Assembly: GCA_964234715.1 (NCBI GenBank)
Contig: OZ174275.1
Source: Podarcis melisellensis
Taxonomy: Eukaryota
Length of the DNA: 64,000 nucleotides
Reading direction: 5' to 3' (one strand)
Below, in pieces: positions 60,401 to 64,000 of the stretch. The notes under the pieces are model-generated. The model was not told the DNA's origin, made no database searches, and worked only from the letters and a program-made list of their open reading frames with translations. The position numbers and the translations under genes were made by a program. Within the stretch, counting starts at the first letter, position 1. Every line of letters starts with the position of its first letter.

Positions 60401-63400
60401 AAGCTGATCTAGATAATTTATTTAAAGTTGCTTTGCATTTCAGTTATAAATCTCAGAAATTGCACATCGAATAAGAATTTAAAGGAGGTTTAAAATATTT
60501 TCTAATGTGCATAAGGCAATTGACTCCCCATATCCGCAAAACTGTTCTAATTGAGAAGTGTGTGCTGTACTAATTGATTAAACTAAGGGAACAAGGACAG
60601 CAGCAGAACCTGCTTTTGCAATTTTGGACACCGTCAATTAATGTCTCAAATCAGTAGTCCTTTTGTCTTGAATGTTTCCACATGGGACTTCTGAAAGATT
60701 ATTCATCTGATTTAGTTACTGTTGTGCACCATATATGCATGCATTATTAATAAATCATTTTTGTTTTGTTTTTAGGAATGGTTTCAACTCTAGTCGTGGA
60801 GTTGAAACAGAGTTCAGTCATGCAGCGCTTGCTTACAGGTTGGATGCCAACAGCTATCAGGCTAGTATTTTGATGGCAAACAGAGTTCTTGAAGTCTCTA
60901 CAGTAGCCAGTGGCATAGTTGGAACAGGCTTGAATGAGCACTCTGCCTGTTATTCATTGGAGGATATTTCTTTTCAGCAACCAAATGAGCTAACTAAATC
61001 TATTGTACTTAGATTTTCAGCCAGGTCTAGAAGTGTAATTAATTCTTGGAAGTGTAATGTGCTTTTTCTTAGGTGGCTCTTTTTTCTAAACAAGCATCTT
61101 AAGTTAATCTTGAAATTGTTCCTGTCGTCTCAGATCTGGACAAAGCAAAAGGAATGAACATGTTTTGAGGGAATAAGAACCTGCAGAAGACAGTCAGCTT
61201 TTTCTTTTCCATATGAAGGCCAGGGATGCTGTTGGATTCAGTACTTCAGCTACAATTGCATGTAGCAGAGGTGTTCCAAATCTGCCCATAGTCCAGTGGT
61301 TAGAAAGTGTGTACGTTTGACTGTTTTTCACGGTTCCCTACTTTTTAGTAAGAAGGTTGCATCATTTTTATTTCCAGACATGATGGCTATTGTTCAGAGA
61401 GCCTGGGTGGCTAGTGTTAGGTTTGGAAGTAAGAAATTCTCTACTCAGCCAGGTGACTCAGCAGGTGGTCATCATTATCTCTTTGCCTAACCTATCATAG
61501 AGAAGAGTTGTGAAGAGATAATTCTGATACACTGAGGAAGTGTGGAACGGAAAGAAATCTGACAAATTCATGCCCTCAAACTTTGGAGGCTAAATGGCTG
61601 CATTGTGATTGATGGTTGCTTGGAATATTGAGAAGAGCAAATGTTGTAACTTTTATCTTGAAAGGGGTATGGTTTTATATGAAAAGGTAGTGCTTCACTA
61701 TAAACCAGGAATGGGGAACCTAATCTGACTGGTGGGCCAGATTCTTATCTCCCCTATACCTCATGGCACATGTTTGACAAGGTGGGTGGTGGTATCCACC
61801 TCTCAATCATATGATGTCACCATGACATCAGGTGAAGATTTGGCACTTCTAACTTTTAAATTCTTGTAAATTGTCCTTTTTTGTTTGTTTATTATATATA
61901 AAATTTAGTTTAAATCTTTTCCAGAGGAGACCAAGGTCCTTCAGAGCTTCCTGTTAGCTTGTCTGTCCACTGTCGTGAGCATGATGCCCTCCTCTTTGCA
62001 CTCTACCAGGATCATAAACTTCGAATGTGGTCTTACAAAGTGAGTGTGAAATGCTAATTTCTGATAGAATACTGTTGTCATTGCTGATGGTTGATTATTC
62101 ATATGACTAATGATACTTTCCAAATGTTGGTTTTTGGCAACATGTCCCTTTGAATATGCAAGCTATATTAATTACCTTTTCTGTGGTCTGCTGTGAACAT
62201 GCACAACCTTCAGATCTGTATCCTTTACTGTAAAGGAACACATGGTAAAGTATCTGTCTAGTATATCAAGCTGCTGTTTTGGCAGGTGTGTTTAAAGCAT
62301 TTGTCCCATTTGCAGATTGTGTTACTTATCTGGCTTCTTATCTTGGCAGGATCAAATGTGCCTGATGGTGGCTGATATGTTGGAATTTGTGCCTGTAAGT
62401 AAGGACCTAAGACTTGCTGCTGGGACTGGACACAGATTACAGCTGTCTTATTCTGAGACCCTGGGGCTTTACATTGGTGTATACTTGCATGCACCCAAAC
62501 AAGGACAGGTACTTGAATTGTCTTATATTCGTAGAATTTTAATTTGCTGTTAAGTTGAGAGTCAGGGAACTACTAGTATGACCCATCAGTTTCAGAGTTT
62601 ATGTGGATAAGAAAAGTTTTCTTCAATAATTTTAAACATGTTTTGTCCAGTCCTGGAAGTTTACAAAATGGCATAGCTTTTGATTCTGGATTAAAAGATC
62701 TTGCTGACAATTTCAAATGTATTTTGCTTTAAAAACTGGGAAATAATAGCTCCTTGATACTTGATAAGATGTATTTTGATGAAGTGCTTTCAGAAGGACT
62801 TATCAAATGTATTATTCCAGGGAAAAACAATTTCTCATTTCCTTCTGTGGCAGATAAATTCATTGATGTAGTTTTTTTTTGGGGGGGGGAAACGTGGAGA
62901 CTATTTTCTGGAGATGCAGCATACAGGATTGGTGCATTTCCTGTCTTGAGTCCCAAACCCAATTTTCTGTATCACTTTTTTTAGATCTCCAAGCTTTGCA
63001 AACAAGAAAGTAAGGTGAAGAAGGCTAGAGAAAAAAGGAAATGGAAAGCACTATGTAGGTGTCTGCAGAGGGCAAAATTACACTTTACATAAAGGAGTAG
63101 TACTATGTCTCCTATGCTTTGGGCATGGAGGCATTCCATTTCAAATGCACCTGTGGTATCTCCATAGGCAACCTATTGCTCCTCCTCAGAAAGAGAAAGT
63201 CTGAAAAGTGAATTAATTGCTAAGGATGTCCTCTTCTCTACAAGTGCTAAAACAACCAACTTAAATAGCATCTGTTCAACTTGATTTTCACAGTCTAGTG
63301 CCATTACTACATCCTGAATGGTTACTGGGTATTATAATTAGAGAACTGTAATATAAGGATTGTCTAAAATAGTTTACAGTTTTATTTTCACTAATGGCGG

Positions 63401-63990
63401 AATCATTTTTTATTTTTTTTGCAGTTCTGTGTCTTCCAGTTGGTCAGCACAGAGAGTCAGCGCTATAGTCTTGATCACATATCATCACTGTTTACTTCTC
63501 AGGTGGGAATGAATAAGATTTACATTAAAATGAATGTGTCTGTCAAAAAAAATATCCACTCTGCACTGATAGGGGTCAGTAGAGTACTGTCTTCCATTCC
63601 ATCTTCCATTCTATATTAGATCAAACAACATGATGCGATGTTGGAGAGAAAGGGATGTGTGTACCTGCCTCCTGTATATCACTTACTTCTGATCCATGGG
63701 ATCTTCTGTGTGTAACCCCAGTATTTGTCTGCTAGTAATAAATTTAAAAAAATATTAGTTTTTATAGATTCAACAAAATATAAGTTCTCTCCCTTGTACT
63801 GTTGTTATTTAGTTTCATTCTCTTGAGTATATTTAGGTCTGAAAATCATATTCATTGTTCTAAGCCACTTGTTGTGTATGTTTTTAACTTAGGAGACCCT
63901 TGTTGACTTTTCCTTAACTACTGCTGAGATCTGGGCACTCTGGCATGATGATGAAAATAGAACCACTGTGAAATACATCAATTTTGAGCA
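57328..63990 (+). CDS. NUP160: Nuclear pore complex protein Nup160, exons 1-9 (5' part, 393 codons; gene continues past window)
   Basis: Spliced product MAAAVGLPERGYLEL..SVTRNRFIHW..LELVEESLDINLLNNA..QDHKLRMWSYK..YSLDHISSLFTSQETLVDF matches my recollection of the human NUP160 N-terminal beta-propeller; all phases consistent. Confidence 0.96.
57569..57677 (+). CDS. NUP160: NUP160 exon 2
   Basis: ttgcag|GC..TG|gtgagt; 109 nt; VRYADSAGGFWYQENAQLGSVTRNRFIHW. Confidence 0.93.
58975..59185 (+). CDS. NUP160: NUP160 exon 3
   Basis: ttgcag|G..AGT|gtaagt; 211 nt; ATSGATLELVEESLDINLLNNAV..PHPTRMYRS. Confidence 0.95.
60168..60390 (+). CDS. NUP160: NUP160 exon 4
   Basis: aatag|GAG..CAT G|gtaagt; 223 nt; ELITESHVQSVFTDVGKV..AWLTSDGGALFALPSASGGIFVLNLPP. 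Confidence 0.95.
60776..60860 (+). CDS. NUP160: NUP160 exon 5 (GC donor)
   Basis: tttag|GA ATG..ATC AG|gctagt; 85 nt; MVSTLVVELKQSSVMQRLLTGWMPTAI. Confidence 0.9.
61925..62039 (+). CDS. NUP160: NUP160 exon 6
   Basis: ttccag|A GGA..AAA|gtgagt; 115 nt; GDQGPSELPVSLSVHCREHDALLFALYQDHKLRMWSYK. Confidence 0.94.
62350..62508 (+). CDS. NUP160: NUP160 exon 7
   Basis: ggcag|GAT..CAG|gtactt; 159 nt; DQMCLMVADMLEFVPV..HAPKQGQ. Confidence 0.94.
63425..63502 (+). CDS. NUP160: NUP160 exon 8
   Basis: ttgcag|TTC..CAG|gtggga; 78 nt; FCVFQLVSTESQRYSLDHISSLFTSQ. Confidence 0.94.
63893..63990 (+). CDS. NUP160: NUP160 exon 9
   Basis: cttag|GAG..GAG CA|gtaagt; 98 nt; ETLVDFSLTTAEIWALWHDDENRTTVKYINFE. Confidence 0.94.
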
Positions 63991-64000
63991 GTAAGTTTTT

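Noticed and set aside
63628-63700. Possible C/D-box snoRNA in NUP160 intron 8 (ATGATGC..CTGA)
   Set aside because: Box C mismatched, no convincing terminal stem or rRNA guide recognised.

Overview
Vertebrate genomic DNA, most likely a squamate (lizard): it contains Sauria SINEs, CR1/L2/L1 fragments and CAGTGG-ended Tc1/mariner MITEs. Two divergently transcribed, intron-rich genes account for the coding signal. (1) PLEKHG3 (DH-PH RhoGEF) lies on the minus strand. I resolved 18 coding exons from 26369 to the stop at 2355, with consistent phases and GT-AG borders, giving about 1359 aa from the ATG at 26267. These include a 72-nt cassette exon and an 8-nt microexon missing from the ORF track; the CpG-island promoter is at about 47.7-49.3 kb. 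(2) NUP160 lies on the plus strand, exons 1-9 (57328-63990), continuing beyond the window, with a GC-AG intron 5. Almost all other ORFs in the track are antisense shadows or repeat-derived. I found no well-supported new multi-gene system. The most unusual items are: a 1.2-kb MITE filled with 60-bp GC-rich hairpin repeats whose cores occur in both orientations; the microexon coupled to an alternative acceptor; a perfect 30-bp intronic palindrome; the PLEKHG3-NUP160 adjacency, which is not syntenic with human; and a MITE family carrying a ZNF143/THAP11-type motif, with one copy in the NUP160 promoter. Protein identifications rest on my recollection of the human sequences, not on a database search.
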